From: Lama guanicoe
Lineage: Eukaryota
Length of the DNA: 64,000 nucleotides
Assembly: GCA_013239625.1 (NCBI GenBank)
Contig: MU054212.1
Location: forward strand, 6,794,270 to 6,858,269
Direction of reading: 5' to 3'
The first letter of the stretch is position 1. The number at the start of each line of letters is the position of its first letter. Of the stretch, positions 13,711 through 27,439 are shown in pieces. Below the pieces are notes generated by a model, which was given only the letters and a program-made list of their open reading frames with translations, made no database searches and had not been told where the DNA came from. Position numbers and translations under genes: made by a program.

Positions 13711-14400
13711 TTATGTGACGCTCTTATTTTCTTTTTAAAAAGTTCAAGATGTGCTAATATTTCCTATTGTGATTACAACTTTTAAAATGTTTCTCTAGTT
13801 TTCAATCAGTTCTCAATTTTTATAATTTGAAGTTATGTTGTCATGTGCATTAAGTTTATAATTGATATGCCTTAATAGGTTATATATTTATCAATATGAA
13901 ATACTCATATTTGAGTGTTTGTTTTAATTTTTTTTTTGCCTTGAAGTCTCTCTCTTTTTAAGTCAGAACTTCTTATTCTTCTTTTTCTAGGCTCTTCATT
14001 CCATTTCTATTTGTCTGAGGTGCATCTCTTCTGAATGAGATAGATTTTGCTTTTATAATCAATCTGTGAATCAGTTACTTTAAACTGTGTAAAGAAACCA
14101 TGTAGTTATTATGATTACTAATGTGTTTGGGCTTATTTTGTATATTTTTCTTGTCCTCCTTCCTGCATTTTGAATTGTTCAACTTTTTATGGTATTTTTT
14201 TTTCTCCAGTAGTTTAGGAGTGACAAATCTTCTTTCTAGAACATCCAGTAGATATTCTTATTATTGGAAACTATATTTAAATACCTTTTATACTACTGTA
14301 TAGAACTAATCAGTAATATTTGGCAATTCAATGTTTTTCGTTAATCATTATCTCTAAATGTATTGTAAAAACTCAAATTTCTGTAATTTCTTTTGTCTCT
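13711..14400 (-). mobile_element. Old L1 fragment continuing right of the young L1
   Basis: tttataatttgaagttatgttgtcatgtgcattaagtttataattg and tagattttgctttttataatcaatctg, antisense L1 EN/ORF2-start motifs. Confidence 0.65.
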
Positions 14401-14530
14401 AAAGAGATCATACACTTTGGAGATTTTCTTTTATATCACATTATTAAGTGATTTTAGATTTTTATCCTGTGTTTCTTCTGACTTCATTTGCACAGTTCTC
14501 TTTCAGGAATAGGAAACTGGACTGTTCCTT

Positions 14531-14566
14531 TGTGTGTGTGTGTGTCTGTGTGTGTGTGTCTGTGTG
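14531..14566 (+). repeat. (TG)n microsatellite, interrupted
   Basis: tgtgtgtgtgtgtgtctgtgtgtgtgtgtctgtgtg. Confidence 0.95.
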
Positions 14567-14744
14567 AGAAAGAGGGCAAAAGACAGAGAAAGAAAACTGA
14601 TTAAATACTTTACTTCTGTGCCATCGAAATTCCTGGCAAAGCACCTAGAGAATGCTTTTGCTTATTAACTACAGAATTGTAGGCACCTACAGCTGAAAAG
14701 AATCTTTGAGATTATCACATTCAATCTTAATAAACCAATTAACT

Positions 14745-14960
14745 AATTCACTTATAATCAATTCACTCAAATATTTTTGAGTACTTACTACGTTAGAACT
14801 ATAGCTGGTGCCAGGGAGACAAAGATTAACAAGTAAAACGCTTTCCAACTGAGGATGCTCACATTCTAGTGGGTGAAGAGACACAGACACATGCACACAT
14901 GTTTGTGCAAGGTTCTGTGAGGTTGGGGAGCATTCCGGGAGGAGCACTACCTGAGCAGCT
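14745..14960 (-). mobile_element. L2 3' end
   Basis: attcactcaaatatttttgagtacttacta..gaggatgctcacattctagtgggtgaagagaca. Confidence 0.7.
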
Positions 14961-15299
14961 GCTCTCTGGCTGACTCTGAGACCGTTCGCTTTCCCTCAAC
15001 CACTGCAGTAACTTCTGCCTGAGCATCAGCAGTGCCATGTTTGGACAGCAGCACTTGTTAGAGTATGTGTTCCTACTGCACCCAAACCCACCTTCCAAAC
15101 CCCTCCATCATTGGTTCAGATGTTTCTCCCTAGAGCTCATCAAAATATTTATGCACTGACCTTGATTTAGCAGACTTTTAGATATTTGCCTTCCAAAGTC
15201 TTTTACAATTAAGTTCAGCATTCTAAATTGTATATATTTCTTCCTTATCACTCTTAAATTGCTGCTCTTGTGTGTATCAATATGGCCCTTAAACTATGC

Positions 15300-15900
15300 T
15301 TTTTCAAATATGTACAAAATACTGCCGAGGTGTTTAACTTTTGAAAAAGTGTAATGGGGCTGTCATTTCCTTTACTCAGATCACAATATTTGTGCTTATT
15401 CAGCCTACTGCCACATTAACACGTTGTAGCCACATCACAATCTTTCACTTAAATGACGATGAGTCTTTTTTCCAAATAAGATGCCAAAGAGGTATTAAAT
15501 ATCACAGCATTAAATAAATTAAACATAAAAAGAGAAAAATAATGATGTTAAAATAAAACAATAGTACTTACTTTCTATGGGCTCACACGTGAGGTTAGGA
15601 CTGCAAAATACACTAATATGCTGTCAGAGTCAAGAAGTCTTATGTGCTTGCTAAGGCTGGAACATAGCACTGGTTTCCAAGTTTGTAATAGCCTACTTTG
15701 GCTCCTATTAAAATTGTGGTGAACTAAAAGCCCTATGTGTACATATAAAAATGGTTTCTATGTCAAATATACTGATTCTTCATTTCAGACACAGTTCATT
15801 TTATTGGTTCCTGCTTGATCATGTAATTCAGAAGCTTATCTGGCCCACCTGATTCTCTGCCATTTGCAGATCTGACAGCTATACTTTTTGATGATCTTGC
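15300..15900 (-). mobile_element. L3/CR1 LINE remnants
   Basis: ggggctgtcatttccttt..cttattcagccta..gcc acatcaca and ggtgaactaaaagcccta..ttcattttattggttc..ctgattct resemble antisense L3 3' ORF2. Confidence 0.5.
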
Positions 15901-16339
15901 AAGGACTTGCTCCAAGCCCAAGGGTGAAACAAAGTTTCCTTTTTCTGCTCAACATCTATTTTGCATTGCTTTAACTCAGTATCAGTTAAACACAATTTAT
16001 TTTTCAGAAGGTTCATCAGATGATTTTTCTCATTGAATAGTTCACTGATACCTCACGGCATCATTATACTACCCTCCCCAATACTGACAAGCTATTAAAT
16101 CATAAAAGTAGAGCAAAGGCATCTTGTTCTGTTAAGCAGCTTTCAGTCATATTGAGATAAACTGTAGAGACTGGCACCTACACACTCACTGTGTAAACAT
16201 ATCAAGTCACTCTACCATGTTTTCCTATTAAAAATTGGATATAGTAAGTAAAAACAAGATAGGCACAGGACGCTTTCAGATCCCCTTAGTGGCCTTGCTA
16301 CCACACATCCTAAAAAACAGAGTAAGATTTGAACTATTT

Positions 16340-16830
16340 TCACTGATGTTTTAAAGCCCCAATGGAGCTTACAATCCTCTACGAATGAGAGCTTAGCAAC
16401 AAGTAGAAGGCGTTAGCTGCTGAAAATACAGCTGTGGTATGGTGGTACGAACAGAGCATAGCAGGAGGTCAAGGAAGGTCTCAATCAATTCATCTGGCAG
16501 AGGAAGGCGGGGGAAGCACCCAGGGAGGATTTTGTAGAGGGGAGGTTTGATTTGAGTCAGGCGTTCTTTAAAGGGAACGGTAAGGGAGAGTACTGCAGAA
16601 AGAGGGAAGAGTATAAGCACAGGAGAGGAAGATGGGGTTAAACAGAAGGTGTCATGATTGGCAGGAATTTTGGAGTGGCTGAAAATGACTGAAGGGACTT
16701 GTGTGGAGATGGATGAAGCTGGGAGGGTCAGCAGGAGCTGGGTCATGGAGGGCACTGTCTGCCATGTTGAGGGTTTTGGAGTTGACTTTTTCCAGAAGAA
16801 TGTACGTGTTCCTATAGTTTCATGGCAAGA
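16340..16830 (-). mobile_element. L2 fragment
   Basis: Purine-rich antisense L2: gaggtcaaggaaggtctc..gggtcatggagggcactgtctgccatgttgagggttttggagttgac. Confidence 0.75.
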
Positions 16831-18627
16831 TCCTGAAGATTGTATTTTTATATTTTTATTAAAAGCCAAAATTAAAATCTTCTAAATTGAAGGCATCTCC
16901 AGTAGATAAGAAAAGAATCCACTAAGTTATGCTCCTCAACTCCCCAAATGCAATCCAGCCTGTTGCTGTGTCTCTAAATGCTGAATAGTTCAGTTTTTCT
17001 ACTGATACGACCCTCTCATTTCTACCCCTTCATTTCAGCTGGTATGTAACCGCCATAAAAATAAGTAATTTAAAATCAAGTTTGGTAAAGAATGTATTGG
17101 TGAATTTCTAATGAAAAATTAAAATTAAGGACTATTGAAGATTATAGATTGAGAATTCATTTGACCCATATCTGAATAGCTTCTACTGACATTTTCAATA
17201 TTTGAAAATATACCCTAATTCGCCATGAGAATTTATCATTTGTTTTTTTTTTTAAAGAATGTTTAAATCTGGGGAGAAATATGTGATTTTCCCAAAACAA
17301 TAATTAGATGCAGGTTATTTTTGAATATTTAAAAGAAAATCACAGGTTATAGCCACTCTATAATTTTAATACACTAAATGTTAACAGACATATCTAAGGA
17401 AAACATATGCTCCTGACTTCTAAAATACTGCAATTACAGTTTATAATTGTTTCTGTATGAATATATATTAAACCTACATATTTTAAACACTACCTTCTCA
17501 AAACTTAAAATTTCTCCTCTTATTTAAAATTTCTGTTATAATTCATTATCAATAGAACTCTTCATAAACCTTGTTAAAGTACATATATAAAGCATATATA
17601 AAAAGTATTTATACATATACTTTGTTAAGGTACATATATGCTTTAGATATGGGATACACATCTGTATCTATATCCATATACTGTCAGAAGAAAATAGCAA
17701 AAATGGCCACAAGTAAAAGTGAAATTCGAAATAGCTTTGCAAGTGCTTTTAACATCCTTTTCTTTAATTGTGGTAAAAGTACCATGAAGTGAACATGTAA
17801 ATAAAATATTGAGAAAATAATTTGGTTTGCTTAGTTTCAGCATGCACTGTTAATACCTCAAGTTAATAAAAATTATGGTTTTCATGGTATTGCTATTTCT
17901 GTTTTTTTATCGAACAGGTACCTCTGTTGTTTTAATTTGAACAAGCAGGTGGATGTTTTCTTTTGGGAGGTCATGTATTATCCATTTTGCTATACTTCAA
18001 ATAGCGAAATATTCATTTGAAAAAATTTAAGTAGTTTTCATGTAATAGTTACTGTGGGTTTCTAAAATAAGGACAATTGATCCATTAAAAGTTTTTACAG
18101 AGACAAACTGAAATTTCATATGCATCTGGTTCCACAGTTACATTCTCATCCCAAATTGCTTATCCTTCAAGTAAAGCCATCTCCAAGTCGGCTTAGGAGG
18201 ATGAGACTTTTGCAACAATGCAAGGAGAAAGAAAACAGTTAAATAAAACAAGCACGGGTGTCATTTACACTGAAGTAGATTTCACACAAAAGCAACACAA
18301 GGCAACTGCTGACAGTATCTTTTAAACAGCCAAATGGCATCTGTAAAGTCTGAAGATCTGAAAAAAATATATTTACATCAAATGTATTTATAAAAATCCG
18401 TTCTGAGGTTTGTGAGAAATAAGTTCAATCTCCTTTTTTCCCCAAAGTATGCCTGGTATATATGCTAACTTACTGAATTCATCCTTCATGCAATTCCAGT
18501 TTATTAAAGAGGTTAAAAATTTATAAAACTCTGATGGGATATGGTTTTAATGCTTCATCACACTACCCATCATTTGCTTTTCAATCTAGATCAGAATGAT
18601 CTTTCCTACTTCCCTGCAATCACTTAC

Positions 18628-18762
18628 CTGCACAGCTAATATTTTCTGAATACTCTCTTGAGAGTCTATCTGGAACTTGGCCAGCCTCATCTGGCTGTAG
18701 AGGACCACCAGTTCAAAGTGCTTCTGCCACACCTTGTGTATCCTTCTTTGCAGCTGACAGAA
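18628..18762 (-). CDS. CCDC178: Internal coding exon (135 nt, phase 0-0), probably the penultimate exon of coiled-coil domain-containing protein 178
   Basis: Minus strand: branch-point-like CTGAC (18799-18795), long pyrimidine tract ttgtgttttttccccctccctcttccctttAG, 45 open codons FCQLQRRIHKVWQKHFELVVLYSQMRLAKFQIDSQESIQKILAVQ, consensus donor CAG|GTAAGT. The peptide resembles the CCDC178 C-terminal segment as I recall it (..FQTDSQESIQKILAVQ). The exon call is firm; the gene name is from memory and needs BLASTP. Confidence 0.82.
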
Positions 18763-20744
18763 CTAAAGGGAAGAGGGAGGGGGAAAAAACACAAGTCAGA
18801 GTAGGAGAGGAAATTAATGGCGGTGTTCAAGAAGAAGGATGGAGGGAAATATAGAAAGCAGTCAATAGCCCATTCTGCACTGCACGGCCCTGACAGGAAT
18901 TTCACAGTCTCTTGATTTTTCAGCCCACTCATGTGCATTCATCAGAAACCAGTCACATCTGGCCGCCAGGATGGGGGGTTAATTTTCTCTAAATGCCTCA
19001 GCAGTTTTGTTCTAGCTGAGGCAAACTCTGTGACTGCAAAGCTGATGAGTAAAATATTTCTACTTCACCCAGTTTAACTCAAAACCGATAGCCTCGGGAC
19101 ATATTGAACCTTTCTTTAAAAAATAATCTTTTGAAGCTTTTTTGAATGGCACATCAGGTCAAGCCAAAGTTTAAAAACGCAACTTTAAGACTTTGATGGA
19201 CACCATTGCTTCTTTTTTCCCTCGTAAAGCCTTACCATTGCTTGGCAATGTGTGCTTTCGGGCATGACAAAACTAAAGAGAATTAACTTAGCCATCAACT
19301 GCTGAGGGAGAACAATAACAGGGAAGAAATTTCCAGCTAGAACTCCCCATTAATCTGCCTCCCTCTGACCATGTGACACAGAAATATCTCACTGCACCAA
19401 AGTACAGTGGACATAATGTTTAGAAGTGACACTTAAAATATGGAATCTATACAGAGAAAGAAATATTTCTCCTGTGAGGCATTCTCTCTCTTTTGGAAAT
19501 TTAATACAAAATCAACCAAACAAACAAAAATACACAGTATGAGTGTTACCAAGACAATGTACATTCTCTCTTTCAACAGTTAGAATAGCCACATATTACA
19601 GAATTGTTATAATTAGGTTATCTTCAAAGAAATAAGCTTCATAAAAATCAATAGGAAAAAACATCTTAAAAACATTTATCCATAATATATTCTGTTACTG
19701 AAACCCCTTTTGTTTTTGGTAATGTGGATAATTGCTTACATTGATTTCTTTATAGGGTATTTTGCAGAATGAAAAAATACACGCCAAAAATTTCATGTCA
19801 AACATTTCTTCATAAAAAAAATAAAAACATGTCCATTTTATATTCTATTTATTGATCTGGTTACTGATTACAGGTAAGACATCCTTTGCAAAACTTCATC
19901 AAACAGTGCATATATGACTTGTGACCTTTTCTGTATGCATATTTCAATGAAAGAGCTTACTTAAAAATAATCATTTAAAAAATAACTATCTGGTGCTCCA
20001 TGTGAATTGTTTATCATCATTATCTTCATTATGAATTGTAACAAGCAATACATAGGTATGTGTGTAAACCCACAAAAAATAAAGCCTCTATTCCTGGGTA
20101 ATAGGTTAACTTAGAAAAGATAACCTTGAAACTATAGATATTTCAGCTTGCTCAGCTGAAATACATTACCTGAAATTAGTTTACAGGCATTTCAGATAAT
20201 TTAGGCTATTGAATTAAATAGTAACATCACTTTTTGAAGAAGAAAATCAGTCAACATTAAATTTTTCCTGTAATATTTTAATATATATTTAAATACATTA
20301 TTTTAATAATTTTAATATAAAAAATTTTATGTCAACTCTGACAGCCAGTAGGGGGGTATGCTGTATCTTGATATACTCATTAAGACACCAGGATACTTTA
20401 CTCAATGTATTATATTATTATGATATCCACAAATATGACAAAAGACAAATAACAGATGAGTTCTAGAGGGACTCCTTAAAGAGAAGGTAATGTTTTTACA
20501 AGAGGATGTATTTCAACATGTGGATGTGGGAGCTGGTCAATCAAAGTGAACTGAAGGGTAATATTTCCCATACCCACATCTTAAATGAGAAGCTGCTATA
20601 TACAGTACGTTGATTTTATTCAGCTTTCTGTATTCTAGATTGAAGTAGCCATAGGCCTTAACTTAGTCCATATATGAGCATTAACTGAAGCTACCTAAGT
20701 AGAGAAGTTCCTTAAGTATCAATTAAGGAAGAGTAGTATCTTAA

Positions 20745-21010
20745 AAAACTTCACAAAAATCTATAGCTAATAGGCCTCTGGAAAAACAAGAACCAGGACA
20801 GGGAAAAACTGCAGGCATTCTTGAACCAGAATCCAAAAAGAGTCACATATACACGTACATATGTGCACATCATTAAAGACAATAAGATGATCAACAATAT
20901 ATATGGGAAAATATTTGAGGCACTAGGAAGGAGGGCTGATTTAAGAGTTGGCCATGATGACAACTCTTTTAGGTAAGCAGTTCTCATAAAAGGCTAATTG
21001 TAAGATGTCA
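20745..21010 (+). mobile_element. Old L1 ORF2 fragments
   Basis: caaaaatctatagctaat, gggaaaatatttgagg motifs in A-rich sense L1 context. Confidence 0.45.
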
Positions 21011-22739
21011 GTGGACAGTTGATCACTCAATAAATATTTATTAACTCAATAAAGTGAATTGGTAAAATTTTAGTGGCAAAAGTGAAGCAGTGAACGAGAC
21101 TCCCCAGAACTTACTAATTAATGAAAGAAGAGGAAATAAACCAAGTAAATGCAAGACTCATAAAATATATAAGGGGAAAATTAAGGCAATAGAGAGTTAA
21201 GTCGTGACAGGAAAAGTCCTTCAGGTGGATGCAGAATTTAGGTTGGAACGCCAAAGTAACTGAAATGTTTTTTGATCTCTTCCACTTCACTTAACCCAAT
21301 GTTTCTGGAATGAAACATTCCAATGATTGCATTCCTGAGGCTTAATCATTTATTCCTGCACTGATTACATTCCTGGCCTCTCAGTCAGATTTTAGGGAAG
21401 GGGGGGTTGGAAGAGGGAGAAAATGTAGTAGAGAAACACAGTAGGACAGTGAGGGAGACAAACGCAGTGGGTGGGGGGTTAGCAAGGGCACTCCGAGGAC
21501 CTGCCAGGTACTTAGAAGTAAGAATGGAATTTAGAGTCATTGCCAGATGACCTGGACTGCTGGTTAGCCTCAGGCAAATATCTCAAGAATTCTGGAAGAG
21601 AATGGAATATTTTCATAGAAAACAAAGGAGGAAGCATATTAGAGCAGAAAGAGTCATTTTGGGAAAAGATCCTCAATTTCATTGCCCTCACGTTTGTGTA
21701 AGAAAAGAGGAAGTGAGGATATTCAACTGTGTCAGGAAACCTGAATCAGGAAGTAGCTGGTATGTACTCTGAGTCAGTTAAAATAGAAAAAGGAAGGAAC
21801 AGCCTTCTGACAATGGTTTCTGACCAGTGTGAATCTGTAGCACATTTGGTAAGCTTGGCTCTTACACTTGCTTTGTGAGCTCTTTGCTGGAGGAAGCCCA
21901 AAGATGGAATTCACTGATACTTCTTTTGAGCTAGTGATCATTATGTACATGAAGAGGAAGATCAGTCAGTGTCCATTTTGACATGGTGCTGGTGATCTTC
22001 TGTCAATATGAACATTGTATATAAAGTAAATTTGTGAGCATTTGTGAGCACTGCATATAATGTACAGTATATATTTATACGTTTGATAAAAATACCTCCT
22101 GATGAAATTTGATTAGGCTCTTGAAATGTATTAATTTATTTTAAAGCGTGATACTCTTTGACAGTAAAACAGAGTAAATTAATGTTGTCACTTACAAGAA
22201 TGAGAGAATCTCTATTTTCCTGTTTTAATACACCGAATTATATGGATTCCGTTTTTAATCCAAGTTATTCTGATTACCTACATAAATTCATGACAGGTGC
22301 TAACTCCTATATATCACATAAACCTGGCCTTAATACTACATGTTATAATGCATATATTACAATACACAAAGCCCTCTAATTATATGGGTTTAGATTTATA
22401 CTATTTTATTGTTGTTATGTATGTAAAAACAATACAATGTGCTAAGAATAAAATAACACTAACTGATACTGCAATTCTAGGTTTCAAAAACATTATGACT
22501 AGCCATAACCAAATTAGCACCAAAGTATTGCCTTATACCATTCCTATGTTTTCAGTATTGAGATTAGAAATTTCAAAGCACCACATTGTCAGGTATTTTC
22601 CAGGGCCAGGCTGGAGCATAGGATGATCTGGTTTGTATCATGGAGGATGTAAGAATAAAGTTAAGCCTTGCTATACCTCGCCCAAAGGGGACAATTGGGA
22701 CATGTTGTGAAGAATGGGGTAAAACAGTGCTGCGTATGT

Positions 22740-22741
<2 letters not shown>

Positions 22742-22770
<29 letters not shown>
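22742..22770 (+). repeat. (AC)14 microsatellite
   Basis: Perfect AC run. Confidence 0.97.
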
Positions 22771-22771
22771 G

Positions 22772-23126
22772 CTGTGGCTTCTGTCCTGGGTTTTCTCTCT
22801 CATTCTCTCCGATCACTGGATATGAGGGAAGCCAGCTCCCATGCTGTGTGAGCAGCTCTGTGGAAAGACCCACATGGTGAGGAACTGAGGTTTTTTGTGT
22901 TGCCAACAGCCCCACGAGTGATCTTGGAAGCAGATTCTTCAGCGTGTTCAGCTGATTGCCACCCTGACCAGCCTGACCGCAACCTTGTAGGAGACCCTGA
23001 GCCAAAACCACCCAGCTAAACAGCTCCTAATTCTTGACCCTCAGAAACTTTCTGAGAAAATACATGCTTTTTTGGTTTAAGCTGTTAAGATTTGGCACAA
23101 TCTGTTATGCAGCAATAGTAACAACA
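22772..23126 (+). mobile_element. MLT1 (MLT1F-like) ERVL-MaLR LTR
   Basis: gggaagccagctcccatgctgtgtgagcagc..cccacatggtgaggaactgagg..gagaccctgagccaaaaccacccagctaa..tgttatgcagcaatagtaac. Confidence 0.85.
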
Positions 23127-23369
23127 GTTCTTAACTCTCTTCTTTTCCTCTCCCTTTGCCTAGCAAGGGAATAATTTAGCATCCCTGTTTTCTGAATGAA
23201 AGGCAACACTGCTCTCCTAATTCATTGCTTGATATAAGATTGAAACTGCAAATGACTTATCAGTAGTAAGAGAGTGATTAATAAATACTTATTGATTGAT
23301 GGAATATAGTTTGCACCATCTAGGAGCTTATTACTTTAATTGAAGACAGTATAGAGGGACTATAATTTA

Positions 23370-25760
23370 ATAGTTCCAGAAATTTAAAAATGGTTTGTTA
23401 TCAACAAATATTTCATGTAACACATCAATATATTAAAGAAGAAATAATCATCCCCAAAAGAAGTTGATATGAATCAACACTGAACAGAAGTAATCAACAA
23501 TGAAATAATTATCTGCCAAAATGGAAAGGAACACAGAAAATTTCTTTAACCTGATACAAGGTATAAACGAAAACATTCCAACAAATATTTTACTAAATAG
23601 AGATAATTTAGACACATTCTTATGCATGTCAAGACAAAATAAAGTAAGGATATCAGGAATCAATGCTTCTCTTTAAAATTTTACTGGCCAAAGCAGTAAG
23701 AAAATAAAAGAAGATACATGTAAGAGGAAGAATATCTACATAGAAAATTTAAGAGACTCTACAAACCAACAGGAGGTAGTAAGAGTTTAGAAACTTCGCC
23801 TACAAGATCAGCACTGAAAAAAAATCAAGTGTTTAAAAAATCAGTAATAACCAATTTTGAATTGTAATTTTTAAAATCCCAGTCATAATCCAATGTAAAA
23901 TGTAAAATACCTAGGTTTCAATCTGTTAAAGAATATGTAGGATTTTATAGAGAAAATTAAAAAACATTTTTGGAAAACGTAACATAAGGACTGATAATGG
24001 AGAGAGATAAAACGTCTACATGTGGGAAGAGAGGACCATGGGCATTTCAGTATTTCACAAAGTTGTCTATAATCTCATCAGGGTTCATGGAACTTGACCT
24101 AAAATTCATGTGGAAGAACAAAGGATTTGGAAGAGCTAAGGCAATTGTGAAATAGGAGAAAGAGCTCAACGAATTTGCCATGCAATATATAAAATTTGTC
24201 TTACAGCTGTAGGAACTAAGAGTAATACCAGCATCAGAATGGATAAACATCATTTGATCATAAAAGAAAGCCGCACCACAGAGATGGTCATGGAAAATAT
24301 AGAAATATGAAATATGACAGAGATGGTATTCAAATCAGTGCAGAAAGGTTAGCATAATTGGTTTACCCTGTACAAGAATCTAACAGAAAATTAGATCTTT
24401 GACTCACAATATACATTAAAATAAAAGCAAAGTAGATTAAAATGAGAAAAGCTAAACTTTAAGATTTTTACATAAAAATATGACAGAATACCTTTATGAC
24501 TTTTATGTGGTGAAGGATTTCTAAACTAAATACTAAAATAATAAATTCTAAAGGAAAGCACTGATACATTTAATTACATGCAAGTTTTTAAAAAAAAACT
24601 CAAGAGTAATAAAATAAGCCACAGGCTTAGAGAAGATATTACCAATACTTATATATTACAAGGGTTAAATTCTTTATCATAGAAAGAGCTCCTAGAAATA
24701 AATAAGAGAAACAATACAAACAATGAACCAGAAAAATGGGTAAATGATACAAATAGGCGACTCACAGAAAAGGAAATTTATCTGTTCTATAAATATTTGA
24801 AAACATGTTCAGTCTTTAGTAGAGAACAAATAAATATACTTCACACTCATCAGACTGGTGATTATTAAAAAAAAAACAAAACCTGTTCATACCAGTCATT
24901 GGTAAAGATGTGGAAAAATATGAACTTTCATGTGCTGTTCAAATTTGTTTATAAATTTGAGACAAAGACTTTAAACAGCAATTTGCCATTATATATTGGA
25001 CTTTAGTTTCCCTTTGATCCAGCAATTATCCTCAAATCTACATATTCTAGTCAAGTGGTTCTCAAGGCCAGAAGGATCAGTATCACTCCAGAGCTTCTTA
25101 TAAAAACAGGCATTGAGACCCACTGAATTAGAAACTCTGGGGCCCTGCAATTGGTATTTTAACAGACCTAAAGGTGACCTACCACATGCTCAATTCTGAA
25201 AGATACTGCTTTTGAAAAACAGTTATAATATGTTCTCAAGGAAACAAAATAATGTTCATTTACAGCATTAATTGCAATAGTGAAAATTTGGAAATAATCT
25301 GTCTACACTTGAGTAATGAAAAAAATACAGTGTTATGACCATACCTTAAACCCTAGCATTTAAAATAAATACATTAAAATTGCAAGTAATATACACTAGT
25401 ATATATTATATATAAAATTGGTATAACATTGACATAAATAAAAAATAAAAACTAACAGTTATTTTAAATTAATTACTACATTAACACAGTTGTAAAAACA
25501 CAGAAGAAATGTAAACACTGAAAAAGGCTGGTAATTAACTCTGAGAAAAGAGGAGGAAAATAATACTAGGAACAGGCAGGTAGAGGGTTTTGAGCATATC
25601 TCTCTACACTGCTTTAATCATCCAAAGAGAATATGTCAAATGTCAAGATATACAGAACTGGCAAAGGTACACAAAAATGTATCACTAATATTTATGTACA
25701 TACTTACAGCTAACATATAACTATAATTTATTGTATGTTTAGTTGTTTCATTAAAAAAAC
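23370..25760 (+). mobile_element. Old L1ME-like element (ORF2 and 3' end), interrupted by MER5A
   Basis: A-rich sense L1 motifs: aaaatacctaggtttcaatct, gaacttgacctaaaattcatgtggaagaac, gagaagatatt, tttgatccagcaatt. Confidence 0.8.
25052..25208 (+). mobile_element. MER5A-like hAT-Charlie DNA transposon
   Basis: agtggttctcaa..atcagtatcactcc..cccactgaattagaaactctgggg..tattttaacag..gatactg. Confidence 0.8.
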
Positions 25761-26749
25761 AGGCTAAGCTGACATCTCTGTAAGAAAAGTATCCTCTATA
25801 TTTTGTGACTTGGGATTACTTTTAGGAATTTATTGTAATCTGTTTTTTAAAAAAAATCCTATAACATCTACCCATCTGCTAACATAAAATTTTTTTTTCA
25901 GTAAAACAAGATTCTTCTTAGGTATCCCCTTAATATCATTTTACCCATGATAAAAGAACAACCCAAAATATTAAAGGAGTTTACACCAATACAGAAAAAA
26001 TGAATACTTCCAGACACTTCACAGATTGCTAAAAATTTTGGGATTTTCCCCCACCCTGCTCACATAGTTAATACTGTTGTTGAAGAGTAACGTTATAACT
26101 TATTTCATGCTAAACTGAAGACAGACATACGTAGCCTATTTGCATGAGAATCTATGTTTGCTGGAATTAGGGGAACATCCGTTTGAAAAAGTACAAGGAT
26201 ACATAAAACTGGCTAATAGAGCTTTGGAGAAAGTTATTTATAATCCCTCAAATTAATCCTTAGACTACAATTGATTTTTTTCTTGTGATTTGAATTTTCT
26301 AAAATTATTAAGAAATAATGAAGATTAGATCCCTAACAAGAAAAATGGCAGTAACATATTTATGTCAGCCATGTTGCTACCATGAAGACACTTTGATAAG
26401 TCAAAGTTTTAAAAGGCAACAACAGATATTAACAATATATTACGCTAGATAAAAAGAAATTTTTGTAAGCTTATACATACATTGCATATTACTGTGTGGA
26501 AACAATAGTAGACTAATCTGATTTTTCTTTAAAAAATTCCTTAAATTGTCTCTGGGCATTACAGAACATAAATATCATTGCAAACATGCTTTAGATAAAA
26601 TTAAATCATTTTTAGAGGCATATGGTGCCAAAAATTAACTCCCCAAAGACATAATTTAACTGGCTTTTGCAATTTAGGAACCCTGGAAAAAAGAAAGAGA
26701 ACATTTCAAGGAAATGAGAAGTGTCCTTATAATGAATTTCTGCTTATAA

Positions 26750-27439
26750 GAATCAGACATAACAACAGTCTTTTTAATTAAAATACAAATACCATATGTA
26801 TAGTTATCTGAAAATGAACTATAAATTGTTCTGCCAGAAAACAAAGACCAGTCAATACTGAAAACACAGAAGTCCCTTAAAATACAAAGATATACTTGGC
26901 AGGACGGCTAGTTCATGCACAGCACTCAAAGTTCTTTGTCTTTGAATATGATTTGTCCATTATCAGACGTGTTTTCAATGCCATTACTGAAGATTTGACT
27001 ATATGAGAGAGTTTTAAACAATACCTCATTTAGACTTTTCAGAAGAAAAATATTCTTGGAAAATCTGACGATAGTTTAAAAGAACACAGTTTTTTTTTTT
27101 TTGCATATACATGAAAAATCCATTAGATGCAGCATTCAAACCGGAAATTAATCACCACAATAAACAACCGTCATCAATGCAACACGCAGGACAAATACGA
27201 GAGTTGTGGAACATTCTACATTCTTGAAGTAGAAATCACTCCCCAGTAAACTGGGGTGGGGAACTGGGAGTGCGTATGTGGTGCTGGCAATGTGTGACAA
27301 TGGTAAGAGGTTACAGGATTTCTGAAGGAAGGATCTGTGTATGCATGGATCAACTCATCACCGGTATCTGAAAATCTGAAAGTTCATCTTATGTGGCTGC
27401 TAGTGAGCTTGGGGATTTCACAGGTGAGAAGCCTGCAGC
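26750..27439 (-). other. Candidate alternative terminal exon (16 codons + about 0.6 kb 3' UTR-like sequence)
   Basis: Acceptor atatttctattcttAG (AG at 27441-27440); phase-0 reading AAGFSPVKSPSSLAAT-stop (TAA 27391-27389); repeat-free downstream sequence; ATTAAA at 26778-26773 preceded by TGTA and followed by GT-rich tgttgttatgtct. No homology recognised. Confidence 0.35.

Noticed and set aside
16393..16869. 158-aa ORF (minus), the longest supplied
   Set aside because: Lies within an L2 remnant; low-complexity S/L/P translation, no splice context.
18322..18357. Acceptor 270 nt downstream of the coding exon (IFRLYRCHLAV-stop)
   Set aside because: Short T tract only; peptide does not match the expected final exon and I saw no supporting poly(A) arrangement.
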